Origin: Spirochaetia bacterium
GTDB lineage: Bacteria > Spirochaetota > Spirochaetia > SP-2023
Length of the DNA stretch: 64,000 nt
Direction of reading: 5' to 3'
NCBI GenBank assembly: GCA_965225855.1
Contig: CBDDCK010000005.1
Span: forward strand, 1,184,001 to 1,248,000
Below are positions 29,486 to 38,753 of the stretch, one piece after another (within the stretch, counting starts at the first letter, position 1; each line of letters opens with the position of its first letter). The notes beneath the pieces are model-generated. The model was not told the DNA's origin, did not search any database, and saw nothing but the letters and a program-made list of their open reading frames with translations. The position numbers and the translations under genes were made by a program.

Positions 29486-29687
29486 ATTGGCATGGATTTT
29501 GAACCACCTTACAACACTAAAACACAAATAAGACACAAAAAAAGTGCCCAAACATAAAAAAAGCACAAAAAAACTTACAAAAAGCCTTATAAAGGCCTTG
29601 ACGCAACACCCCCCCTAGCAAAATGGGGCACTGTACACTAGCCCGTATGGGTTGGCTAATCTTTATCCATTTTTGGAGGTATTGCTT
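29486..29687 (+). promoter_or_regulatory. Leader conserved with 47706-47931 (A-tracts, TTGACG, C7 tract, hairpins, RBS GGAGG)
   Basis: Shared blocks GATTTTGAACCACCTTACAACAC, GGCCTTGACGCAACA(C)nTAGCAAAATGGGG, ACTAGCCCGTATGGGTTGGCTAATCTTTATCC and TTTTTGGAGGTATTGCTTATG. Confidence 0.7.
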
Positions 29688-31406
29688 ATGTATAAGCTCA
29701 AACTACTTTTATTGCCTGTAGCATTGCTACTGGCCTTTATGGCCTTGGCCTGCGCCCCACCCGATGACGATGATGCGCCGTCTTCTGGGCCGACTATCAA
29801 TAACGCCATCTACGATGTTGGCAAGGCTCTGTTAACCGTACAAGGTACTGACTTAAGTCCTACAGAAGCGCAAATCCAAACCATCGTAGTAGATGGGGTA
29901 GCCTTAAGTTCCTATACTGCAGATGACCCAGCCACTGGGCCAGATAGTAGCAGTCTTGCAAAAGGTAAGTACCGTATTGCAAACGATGGCACAGCGCTTT
30001 GGCTTAGACTTACCGATGCCGATAAAGCTACTCTGAATGGCAAGCCCAGTATGAATAGCAATGGTCTAAAAAAGGGTAAGCTTAGCGTTGGCACTGGTAC
30101 TTGGGCGGGTTTAGATACAGCCAAAGACTTAACCGTTAGGAATATACCCGATAAGCCATCTAAACAACCTAAAGCCGAAGAGCAGTCGCTTAAGCAAACC
30201 GAAGATAAGCAGTCGCCTAAGCAAGCCGAACAAGCCAAACAAGCTGAACAAACCGAAGAAGTCGAAGATAAGCAGTCTAAGACCGAAACCGAAGATCAGT
30301 CGCTTAAGCAAGCCGAAGCTGCAATTACCCGTGCAACCTACCATGTTGGCACGGCGCTGTTAACTGTACAAGGTTCTAACTTAAGTCCTACCAGTGCGAC
30401 CCAAGCGCAAATCCAAACTATCGTGGTAGATGGCTTAGCCTTAAGTTCCTATATTGCAGATGCCACAGCCACTGGGGCAGATAGTCGCGGTCTTGCAAAA
30501 GGTAAGTACCGTATGAAAAGCGATGGCACAGCGCTTTGGCTTTACCTTACCGATCAACATAAAGCTACTCTGAATGGCAAGACAGGTATGGATAGCAATG
30601 GTCTAAAAGATGGGTTGCTTAGCGTTGGCACTGGTGCTTGGGCGGGTTTAGATACAGCCAAAGCCTTGGCCGTTAGTGGTAACCCCGCAATTACCCGTGC
30701 AAGCTACCATGTTACTACAGGCTGGTTAGTAATTACAGGTACTAATTTACCAGCAGCAGTTGCAGGCTGGGACTTTAGAAAATTGACGCTTGTATCCGGT
30801 GATCGTACTAATAGATTCACATTACCCCGGCACTCACACTCAATTTTAGTTGAAAACAGAGCCAAAGGTTCTGTAGCAAGTGCAACAAGCTTAACGATTA
30901 CTTTAAGAGGTAGTGTAAAAGCCAAAGCCGATGCTATATTGGTTAACGATGGTGTTCGTGATGCTAATGGTGCATACAACCTGGAAGCAGCAGCAGGATT
31001 TGCCGGTGGTAGCGCTGAAGACACAACCAACCCTATTACCGTTAGTGGGTATACCATCATCAGCGCAACCTACGAAGCTGATACAGGCGAGTTAACTATT
31101 TTCGGTAGCGGTTTACCGACAACAATTGCAGAGTGGGACTTTAGCAAATTGACGATTGTATCCGATGATGGTAAGAAGAGATTGACATTACCCCAGCACT
31201 CAACTGTAGGTAAAAACAGAGCCACAGGTACTGTAGCAGCTATAAACGGCTTAAAGATTACTTTAAGGGGTAGTGTAAAAGCCAATGCCGAAGCTATAAT
31301 GCAGAAGCTTTTTGTTGGTGTATACAAACTTGAAGCAGCAGCAGGATTTGTACCTGGTAGTCCAGAAGAAGCTATTCTTACTAGTTATATTAGTAGGAAT
31401 TCTTAG
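29688..31406 (+). CDS. Adhesin-like surface lipoprotein with four beta-rich repeat domains (paralog A)
   Basis: RBS GGAGG and ATG at 29688; lipobox MALAC; repeats ITxAxYxxxTGxLxxxGxNL...YNLEAAAGF; Q/E/K-rich linker. Confidence 0.85.
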   Translation: MYKLKLLLLPVALLLAFMALACAPPDDDDAPSSGPTINNAIYDVGKALLTVQGTDLSPTEAQIQTIVVDGVALSSYTADDPATGPDSSSLAKGKYRIANDGTALWLRLTDADKATLNGKPSMNSNGLKKGKLSVGTGTWAGLDTAKDLTVRNIPDKPSKQPKAEEQSLKQTEDKQSPKQAEQAKQAEQTEEVEDKQSKTETEDQSLKQAEAAITRATYHVGTALLTVQGSNLSPTSATQAQIQTIVVDGLALSSYIADATATGADSRGLAKGKYRMKSDGTALWLYLTDQHKATLNGKTGMDSNGLKDGLLSVGTGAWAGLDTAKALAVSGNPAITRASYHVTTGWLVITGTNLPAAVAGWDFRKLTLVSGDRTNRFTLPRHSHSILVENRAKGSVASATSLTITLRGSVKAKADAILVNDGVRDANGAYNLEAAAGFAGGSAEDTTNPITVSGYTIISATYEADTGELTIFGSGLPTTIAEWDFSKLTIVSDDGKKRLTLPQHSTVGKNRATGTVAAINGLKITLRGSVKANAEAIMQKLFVGVYKLEAAAGFVPGSPEEAILTSYISRNS

Positions 31407-31453
31407 TAAGTAAGGTTTGGTTGTTGCGGTAAGCAATGCTTGGTTGGCCTATT

Positions 31454-31489
31454 GCAGCCTTGGTAAATTTTTTTATCAAGGTTGCTTTT
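31454..31489 (+). terminator. Terminator-like hairpin after paralog A
   Basis: GCAGCCTTGGTAAA...TTTATCAAGGTTGC then TTTT; homologous hairpin at 49889-49929. Confidence 0.6.
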
Positions 31490-31539
31490 GCCAATTATAG
31501 CCTTGGTATAAAGTATTGTTCCGCATTGGTGCAATACAT

Positions 31540-31579
31540 CTTTCCGCCTTGGATCAAGGCCTTGATCCAAGGCGGAAAG
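31540..31579. repeat. 40-bp perfect palindrome related to the 46-bp repeat unit
   Basis: CTTTCCGCCTTGGATCAAGG|CCTTGATCCAAGGCGGAAAG. Confidence 0.92.
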
Positions 31580-31687
31580 CTATATCATAGCAAGGCTAGA
31601 AAAATTTATTAAGGCTACAAACTTTTTTAGTAATAGCTTTGAACAAACCCCTTACAATAATTATTACCAGAACGTTGCCATAACCAT

Positions 31688-31733
31688 TAAGAGAATTTCT
31701 TAATGCCTAATAAGAGAGTTTCTTAATACCTAA
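31688..31733. repeat. Two direct 23-bp repeats
   Basis: TAAGAGAATTTCTTAATGCCTAA and TAAGAGAGTTTCTTAATACCTAA. Confidence 0.75.
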
Positions 31734-31785
31734 CAAGAATTTTTTGTAACAAGATAAACTTTGGCCAATTACAGGCTTTAGACGG

Positions 31786-31839
31786 CTAGCAGCGGTGCTG
31801 TAAGGTGGTTATATAATCGCAGTACAGCAGCGCTGCTAG
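31786..31839. mobile_element. Candidate miniature inverted-repeat insertion (CTAG-bounded)
   Basis: 17-bp arms CTAGCAGCGGTGCTGTA and TACAGCAGCGCTGCTAG (1 mismatch); absent from the homologous site at 49963-49999. Confidence 0.45.
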
Positions 31840-32105
31840 AGTTTAGATAGTTACCCAGACTATCTAAACAGTACAATTACTCTCTGACTTTTAATAAAGA
31901 ATGGAAAAGCTGTTTTTAGCAGCTTCTTAAAGTAGCGCAAAATAATCTACGATAGGGCCAAAATGAGCCAAAATGTCAATACCTTATCTTTTAAGTTTCA
32001 GAAAGAGGCTCACCAGTGCTTTTTGTGCATTTGACTAGACAATAAAGCGCTAAACATAAAATATTTTACCATTTTGCCCTTTTGGGGGATAAAAGGAGTC
32101 TATCT

Positions 32106-33671
32106 ATGATTTACAGTTATGCCGCCGCAGGTTTTAGTGGGCAACTAATCCATGTAGAATGCTCGATTCGGCGCGGTATGCCCAATACCGATATAGTGGG
32201 CCTGCCTGACGGTGCGGTAAAAGAAGCACGGGAGCGTGTGCGGGCTGTTTTGCATCACTGTAATTTCTTCTATCCCAATGACCGAATTTTGATTAACTTA
32301 GCACCGGCTGGCCTCAAAAAAAGTGGAGCGGGTTTTGATTTGCCCATAGCTTTAAGCATTCTATTACAATCCCAACAACTGCCTGCTGTTTTAGAAGAAT
32401 TACCTTCACTATTAGTACTAGGAGAATTAGAATTATCGGGCAAGGTGCGCAGCATTGATGGTGTTTTGGCAGCAGTAGCCAGTGCCTATGAAATGGGTAT
32501 TGAATATTTTTTAGTGCCTGCCACAAACTTAAAAGAAGCTCAATCTCTGAATAAGGGGAAAGTTTTCCCCTTAGAGCACATTGACGATCTGGTTGAAAGA
32601 ATCAAAACCATAGTAGAGACCCAAGTACCTATTGCCCAAGGATTCCAGCCATTACTGGGCAATGAAGCCGAATCAGAGTTTGACGATGATTCTTTAGATT
32701 TTGCCGATGTAAAAGGGCAACCATTACTCAAGCGAGCCATGGAAATAGCCATTGCTGGGAGGCACAATATATTGATTTTTGGGCCTCCGGGTTGTGGCAA
32801 AACCATGGTCGTCCGCAGTGTCCCCAGTTTATTGCCACCTTTGAGCAGCGCTGAAGCTGTAGAAACAACAAGGATTTGGTCTCAAGCAGGTTTGCTCAAT
32901 GACCAGCATGCCTGCTTGGAAGCTCCCCCAATGCGTTCACCCCACCACAGTGCAACCTTGGAAGGTTTAGTTGGTGGTGGGTCACAGTTGAAACCGGGCG
33001 AAGTTTCTCTATCCCACAATGGTGTTTTATTTTTAGATGAAGCCCCTGAATTTAAAGCTAGCCATCTCCAAGGCCTGCGCGAACCTTTGGAAAATCAACG
33101 CATTGTTATTGTGCGTGCTGGAAAATCTTTTTGGTATCCAGCAGATTTTCAGTTATTTATGGCTATCAACCCCTGCCCCTGTGGTAATTTGGGCCGCGAA
33201 GAAAGCGTTTGCACTTGTAGCCAGACTGTCATTGCCAAATACTGGAAACGCGTTGGCGGAGCTTTACTGGACCGTATTGACATGCGTATTCCTGTGCAGG
33301 CAACTTCTTCCACCACATTATTGGAAAGTAAGGAAGAAAGTTCCAAGCAAGTACGTTTGCGCATTGTCAATGCACGGCAACGGCAACAACAACGTTTCCA
33401 AAAGAATGGAGTCAGACACAAACCTTATAATTCGCGCATACCCGCCGGGCAAATTGCCAAGCTCTGCCATATAGACCAAGACTCACGCGAACTATTCCAC
33501 ATAGCGGTAAAAAAGTTGGGTTTATCGTCTCGTGCTTGCCATTCGGTATTGCGCATTGCCCGCAGCATTGCAGACTTAGAGCAAAAAGAAATAATCGACC
33601 AGAACGCTTTGTTAGAGGCAATTGAGTATCGCAGATACGGCGATAGAAATATTTTTTGGAGCAGCTTTTAA
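32106..33671 (+). CDS. comM: YifB/ComM family Mg-chelatase-like AAA+ ATPase
   Basis: IVGLPD.AVKEARERV, INLAPA, FDLPIA, GPPGCGKT, PHHSA, GVLFLDE, NPCPCG and LLDRID motifs; AGGAG RBS before ATG 32106. Confidence 0.93.
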   Translation: MIYSYAAAGFSGQLIHVECSIRRGMPNTDIVGLPDGAVKEARERVRAVLHHCNFFYPNDRILINLAPAGLKKSGAGFDLPIALSILLQSQQLPAVLEELPSLLVLGELELSGKVRSIDGVLAAVASAYEMGIEYFLVPATNLKEAQSLNKGKVFPLEHIDDLVERIKTIVETQVPIAQGFQPLLGNEAESEFDDDSLDFADVKGQPLLKRAMEIAIAGRHNILIFGPPGCGKTMVVRSVPSLLPPLSSAEAVETTRIWSQAGLLNDQHACLEAPPMRSPHHSATLEGLVGGGSQLKPGEVSLSHNGVLFLDEAPEFKASHLQGLREPLENQRIVIVRAGKSFWYPADFQLFMAINPCPCGNLGREESVCTCSQTVIAKYWKRVGGALLDRIDMRIPVQATSSTTLLESKEESSKQVRLRIVNARQRQQQRFQKNGVRHKPYNSRIPAGQIAKLCHIDQDSRELFHIAVKKLGLSSRACHSVLRIARSIADLEQKEIIDQNALLEAIEYRRYGDRNIFWSSF

Positions 33672-33780
33672 ATAAAAACAAATTTCAAAAATCCACAAAC
33701 AAAAGAGAGAAAAAAGTGGCTTCCAATACAGCTCTTACCTGTAGGAAGCCATGAAGAACAAATAATCTAAGTTAGATATT

Positions 33781-35235
33781 TTAAGCGGGGCTTTCCTCGC
33801 CGTTGCCAATCCAGTCCGTGTGGAAAAATTTACCACGAGGCTGGTCAACACGTTCATAAGTATGGGAACCAAAGAAGTCGCGCTGTGCTTGCAATAAGTT
33901 GGCAGGCAACCATTCTGAAGAATAACCGTCAAAAAAGCTCAAAGCTGAAGAAAAGGTCGGTACGGGAATACCTGCATTGACACCCAGCGAAACTATGCGG
34001 CGCCAACCAGCTTGCGCTTCTTTTACTTTATTGCTGAAGTATGGGGCAATCAGTAAATTGCTTAACTGTTGATTGTTGTCAAAAGCTTCTTTAATTTTGC
34101 CGAGGAATACACTGCGAATAATACAACCACCGCGCCACATTAACGCAATACCACCGTAATTCAATTCCCAATTATATTCTTTTGCCGCTTGGCGTATCAA
34201 CATATAACCTTGAGCATAAGAAATAATTTTCGATGCCAGTAAAGCTAAGCGCAAATCTTCGAGTATTTCAGCACGGTCACGCCCGTCATTAATTTTTGCA
34301 ATACTGCGCTGGAAATGCTTTGCAGCCTCAACTCGTTCTTCTTTCATGGAAGAAAGGTAGCGGGCAAATACCGACTCTCCAATTAAAGTAAGAGGAATCC
34401 CCAATTCCAAGGCATTGATCCCCGTCCATTTACCGGTACCCTTTTGCCCTGCTGTATCGAGAACCTGTTCCACTGTAGGTTTACCATTTGACTCGCGCTT
34501 TAAAATATCTGCGGTAATTTCAATTAGATAGCTATCTAATTCGCCTTTGTTCCATTCGGTAAAAGTTTGCTGCATTTCACTGTAGTTCATACCCAAGCCA
34601 TCGCGCATAAATTGATAAGCCTCGCAAATCAATTGCATATCGCCATATTCAATACCGTTGTGAACCATTTTGACAAAATGGCCAGCCCCTTCAGGCCCAA
34701 CCCAATCACAGCAAACTTGGCCGTCCTTGGTTTTTGCAGAAATAGCTTGGAAAATATTTTTGACTAAAGGCCATGCTTTGGGATCACCACCCGGCATTAA
34801 AGATGGCCCTTTGCGCGCACCGTCTTCACCCCCGGAAACCCCTACTCCCAGATATAAAATTCCTTTCGGTTTTAGGCGTTGTACACGACGTGTTGTATCA
34901 GAAAATAGAGAATTACCACCATCAATAATACAATCTCCGGGTTCCAAATGCTGTAATAATAATTCAATAAAATCATCGACAGCAGTACCTGCTTGAATCA
35001 TAAGCATAATTTTACGTGGGCGTTCTAACTTGGCAACAAAATCCTCCCAACTGCTTGCGCCAACCAATTTATTGTAAGAAGATTCGCTATCTTTAATCTC
35101 ATCGAGAAAAGCACCGACTTTACTAACAGTACGGTTGAAAACGGCAACCCGAAAGCCATGGTCTGCTATATTCAAAATCAAGTTGCGGCCCATGACGGCA
35201 ACACCAACAACACCAATTTGAGCTAAATCACTCAT
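33781..35235 (-). CDS. gnd: 6-phosphogluconate dehydrogenase, decarboxylating
   Basis: AVMGRNL, IDGGNS, GVSGGEDGA, HFVKMVHNGIEYGDMQ, QKGTGKW and QAQRDFFG motifs. Confidence 0.97.
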   Translation of the reverse strand: MSDLAQIGVVGVAVMGRNLILNIADHGFRVAVFNRTVSKVGAFLDEIKDSESSYNKLVGASSWEDFVAKLERPRKIMLMIQAGTAVDDFIELLLQHLEPGDCIIDGGNSLFSDTTRRVQRLKPKGILYLGVGVSGGEDGARKGPSLMPGGDPKAWPLVKNIFQAISAKTKDGQVCCDWVGPEGAGHFVKMVHNGIEYGDMQLICEAYQFMRDGLGMNYSEMQQTFTEWNKGELDSYLIEITADILKRESNGKPTVEQVLDTAGQKGTGKWTGINALELGIPLTLIGESVFARYLSSMKEERVEAAKHFQRSIAKINDGRDRAEILEDLRLALLASKIISYAQGYMLIRQAAKEYNWELNYGGIALMWRGGCIIRSVFLGKIKEAFDNNQQLSNLLIAPYFSNKVKEAQAGWRRIVSLGVNAGIPVPTFSSALSFFDGYSSEWLPANLLQAQRDFFGSHTYERVDQPRGKFFHTDWIGNGEESPA

Positions 35236-35448
35236 AAAGACTCCTAAAAAATAAAATTACCGCTAAAAAAATTCTTGCTGTTTGCATCAGCTACTGGATA
35301 ATTGACTGCTAATTGCAACAAATCTCAAAAATTTTCCAAGCATATTTGGTCAAATATGTAAGAATATAACATAAGCTAAAAATAAAGTAAACCAAAACAA
35401 TCATAAAAGTAAGTTAGCAATAACATAAACTAATACTTACAGAAACAA

Positions 35449-36696
35449 TCAAATTGTACGAATCGCATCTACAATATTTTTACGTACCGCCTTAATGGAG
35501 GGCAATAATGTTGCTATAGAGCTTACCAAAATGGTTAAGCCACCAAACAGAACGATTGAACTACCCGATGTGAGAATCATCAAACGAACTGGAAGATTTA
35601 AACCTGGGGCCGGAGGTAAATATATTTTAATAACAGACAAGCTAAATTGTAATAAAAAATTAACAAGCAAACCCAATATAAAACTCACAATACCTAAAAT
35701 CAAACCTTCTAAAAAAACAACCCGTACAATCTCACCGCGGGATATACCCAAAGCTCGCAATGTACCAATTTCTGCTTGGCGTTCCATAATGGACATGTAA
35801 AGCGAATTGCTAATACTAAATAAAAACATAAGCATGAAAATCAAAGAAAACACGTAAAGCTGATTATTGTACAAAATGATTACTCTGCTGTAATACTCAG
35901 CCAGTTCCAACCAACTAGCATACTCCCATTCTGGCAGATCAACTTCTTTTAAGGCTTTGAGTGCATCTCGATACAAATCATTCCAAGGGCGATTGCTGTC
36001 AAAATGCACTAAAAGACGTTGAGCCCCCGCCCCATCATTGAGGGCTTGAGCTAAGCGCAAATCAGCTAGCACATAGCGGTTGTTTAACTCCGTAATCCCA
36101 AAATCGGCAATGCCGACCACTTCACCTAATTCAGCCAGTGGATAACCATCATTTTGTGGAACTTGTAAAATAAGCTCGCTACCCAATTCGACCCCAAGAG
36201 TTTCAGCAAGGCCCAAACCCAGCACAATGGCGTTTGGTTTGAGGGCCATCAGTAGATGGCCCTCTACCATCTCTATATTCTTCATCTGCGTTTCACCATA
36301 AACATCACCGCCATGGCCCATAAAAATGGAAGTTTGGCTACCATTACTAATTTGTCCAGATAAATATAAGCGTGAACTAATGAACGAAATCTCATCACCT
36401 AAAGCATTAAATAACGCATCTTCAATTGCAAAAACATCTTCCTGGTTAAACAGTAGGCGATTACTACTTTCATCATTCAAAGCACGAAACCCTTTGGGAT
36501 AGATTTGGAAATCTCCGTAAGTACTCTGACGCAGAGAACTACCAAAACCAATTTTTATATTGTTGATATAGCCACTGAGGAACAATAAACTAACAACGCC
36601 TATGGTCATTACTATTAAAGTTAGTAAACTGCGCCGCTTATTTGCCAGTAAATTACGCCAAGCCATTTTTGTTTCAATTGAATCAAATCCAAGCAT
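35449..36696 (-). CDS. ABC transporter permease, MacB/LolC/FtsX family
   Basis: AWRNLLANKRRS; ERQAEIGTLRALG; 1+3 transmembrane layout. Confidence 0.9.
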   Translation of the reverse strand: MLGFDSIETKMAWRNLLANKRRSLLTLIVMTIGVVSLLFLSGYINNIKIGFGSSLRQSTYGDFQIYPKGFRALNDESSNRLLFNQEDVFAIEDALFNALGDEISFISSRLYLSGQISNGSQTSIFMGHGGDVYGETQMKNIEMVEGHLLMALKPNAIVLGLGLAETLGVELGSELILQVPQNDGYPLAELGEVVGIADFGITELNNRYVLADLRLAQALNDGAGAQRLLVHFDSNRPWNDLYRDALKALKEVDLPEWEYASWLELAEYYSRVIILYNNQLYVFSLIFMLMFLFSISNSLYMSIMERQAEIGTLRALGISRGEIVRVVFLEGLILGIVSFILGLLVNFLLQFSLSVIKIYLPPAPGLNLPVRLMILTSGSSIVLFGGLTILVSSIATLLPSIKAVRKNIVDAIRTI

Positions 36697-36726
36697 TTTT
36701 ATTCTCCTTTTTTTATTATTTGATCT

Positions 36727-37452
36727 CTAGATTACTTCTTCTTTGGCAATAACACCATCTCGCAAAGTTACTTTTCGCTGAATACGGTCCATCACATTGC
36801 GATCGTGTGAAGCCAAAATAATTGAAGTACCAAATTGATCGTGAATGCGCTGTAGTAATTGTAAAATTTTAGCACTCGTTTCCGAATCCAAACTGGCGGT
36901 TGGCTCATCGGCAATTACTAATTTAGGCTGGGCAATTAGGGCCCGGGCAATGGCAACACGTTGTAGCTGGCCACCAGAAAGTTCGCGCGGAAAGCGTTTT
37001 TCATAACCTTCCAAACCGACCTCACGCAATAACTCAAAGGCTCGTTCGCGCCGTTTAGCAACACTAATGGCTTTATTTTTATAAAGAGGATATTCAATAT
37101 TATCCTGTAAATTTAGGCAAGAAATCAGACTGAAGGATTGAAAAATAAAACCCACATTATGGCGCCGAAATCGGCAACGCTCGGCTTCCGATAATAAATT
37201 AGTATCCTGCCCATTGACTAACACTTGGCCTTCAGTTGCTGTATCCAGGCAACCAATTAAATTCAAAGCTGTAGATTTACCACTGCCTGAAGGCCCAACA
37301 ATCAAGTTAAAGCCAGAGTAAAACGAAACATTAAGGCTACGAAGGGCCAAGACCTTACTATTGCCTAAATCATAATTTTTTACCACATCGATACATTCGA
37401 CAATCGCCGAACCTTGAGCCGAATTTTGCCCTTTTGTTCTATCTTGCTGCAT
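36727..37452 (-). CDS. ABC transporter ATP-binding protein, LolD-like
   Basis: [30 protein letters not shown] and ADEPT motifs; GGAGG RBS before ATG 37452. Confidence 0.93.
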   Translation of the reverse strand: MQQDRTKGQNSAQGSAIVECIDVVKNYDLGNSKVLALRSLNVSFYSGFNLIVGPSGSGKSTALNLIGCLDTATEGQVLVNGQDTNLLSEAERCRFRRHNVGFIFQSFSLISCLNLQDNIEYPLYKNKAISVAKRRERAFELLREVGLEGYEKRFPRELSGGQLQRVAIARALIAQPKLVIADEPTASLDSETSAKILQLLQRIHDQFGTSIILASHDRNVMDRIQRKVTLRDGVIAKEEVI

Positions 37453-37554
37453 ATAGCCTCCTTTTCTTATAAACTTTGCCCTGAATAATCGAAAAAAATC
37501 ATTTTCTGACAATAGTTAAAGAGGTTGAAACGGCTCTCAATAAACCTATTTCCC

Positions 37555-37629
37555 TATGAAAAATATGAATTAAGAAAATCATATTTTTCATAAAATTGAC
37601 TTGACAGTTTATAAAGTCCCAATTATAGT
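37555..37629 (+). promoter_or_regulatory. 14-bp inverted repeat (operator-like) plus sigma70 promoter of mglBAC
   Basis: TATGAAAAATATGA-N10-TCATATTTTTCATA (37555-37592); TTGACA (37601), 17-bp spacer, TATAGT (37624). Confidence 0.7.
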
Positions 37630-37660
37630 TTGCTAGCGCATAATAAGAAAGGAGGGACTT

Positions 37661-38680
37661 ATGAAAAAATCTAAATCCATGAGAAAAATTTATTTCAGCT
37701 TATTTTTTGCTGCCATCTTATTGCTGAACGCCATATCAATAAATGCTAGAGGCAATAGTAATAATGACGGCGTTTCTATTGGGGCAACTATATACAATTT
37801 TGGTGACAATTTTATGAATGGTGTTGTGGCTCCTGCACTAAAACAATATTCGGCAGAAAATAATGCAAATCTCGATATTGTTGATTCAGAAAATCAACAA
37901 GCAAAACAAAATGACCAAATTGATATTTTCATCAACAAAGGTGTGAAAGTTTTGGCTGTCAATTTGGTAGACCCTGCTTCAGCTAGCACGATTATCAAAA
38001 AAGCCAAGTCCGCCGGTATCCCTTTGATTTTTTATAATAAAGAACCTACTGAACCCGGCATAATGAATACTTACGACAAAGTTTGGTATGTCGGTACTAA
38101 CTCTGCAGAATCGGGTATACTCCAAGGTGAAATGATTGTCAAAGATTGGAAGGCCAATTCTGGGTGGGATATCAATGGCGATGGTGTGATGCAATATGTT
38201 ATGCTCAAAGGCGAGCCCGGCCACCCGGACGCCGAAGCTCGTACCACAGAATCGGTTGCTTCCATTAAAGCAGCCGGCATAAATGTAGAAGAGCTAGCTT
38301 TACAAGCCGATCCTACATGGTCTACTCAGTTTGGTAATGATACCATGGCAGCTTGGCTGACTTCTAGTTTTGGCAATAATATTGAATTAGTGATTGCCAA
38401 CAATGACGGTATGGCTTTTGGGGCCATTACAGCAATGGAATCAGCTGGTGTTAGCCTCCCTATTTATGGTGTAGACGCATTAGAGCAAGCTCGTCAATTG
38501 ATCAAAGAAGGCAAGATGAGTGGTACAGTTCTCAACGATGGTAAGAATCAAGCACTCGCTGTAATTCAATTAGCGGTAAATGTAGCTATGGGTAAACAAC
38601 CAACAGAAGGCACTCGCTGGAAATTGGAAAGTGATGGTACCAAATCCGTACGTGTTCCCTATGTTGCAGTAACAAAATAA
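37661..38680 (+). CDS. mglB: Galactose/glucose ABC substrate-binding protein
   Basis: DNFM, QNDQID, AVNLVDP, WYVGT, LKGEPGHPDAEART, ANNDGMA and GTVLND motifs. Confidence 0.93.
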   Translation: MKKSKSMRKIYFSLFFAAILLLNAISINARGNSNNDGVSIGATIYNFGDNFMNGVVAPALKQYSAENNANLDIVDSENQQAKQNDQIDIFINKGVKVLAVNLVDPASASTIIKKAKSAGIPLIFYNKEPTEPGIMNTYDKVWYVGTNSAESGILQGEMIVKDWKANSGWDINGDGVMQYVMLKGEPGHPDAEARTTESVASIKAAGINVEELALQADPTWSTQFGNDTMAAWLTSSFGNNIELVIANNDGMAFGAITAMESAGVSLPIYGVDALEQARQLIKEGKMSGTVLNDGKNQALAVIQLAVNVAMGKQPTEGTRWKLESDGTKSVRVPYVAVTK

Positions 38681-38682
38681 AT

Positions 38683-38720
38683 TATAAAAAAAGTCTATTT
38701 TACGGATAGGCTCTTTTTAT
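38683..38720 (+). terminator. Intergenic hairpin after mglB
   Basis: AAAAAAAGTCTATT-TTACG-GATAGGCTCTTTTT. Confidence 0.45.
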
Positions 38721-38753
38721 AGTCCTAATTAAATATCAATCAATTAGGCGATT

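Noticed and set aside
31841..31869. GTTTAGATAGT...ACTATCTAAAC hairpin as an integron attC site
   Set aside because: It does not follow the RYYYAAC...GTTRRRY arrangement, is too short, and no integron integrase is present.
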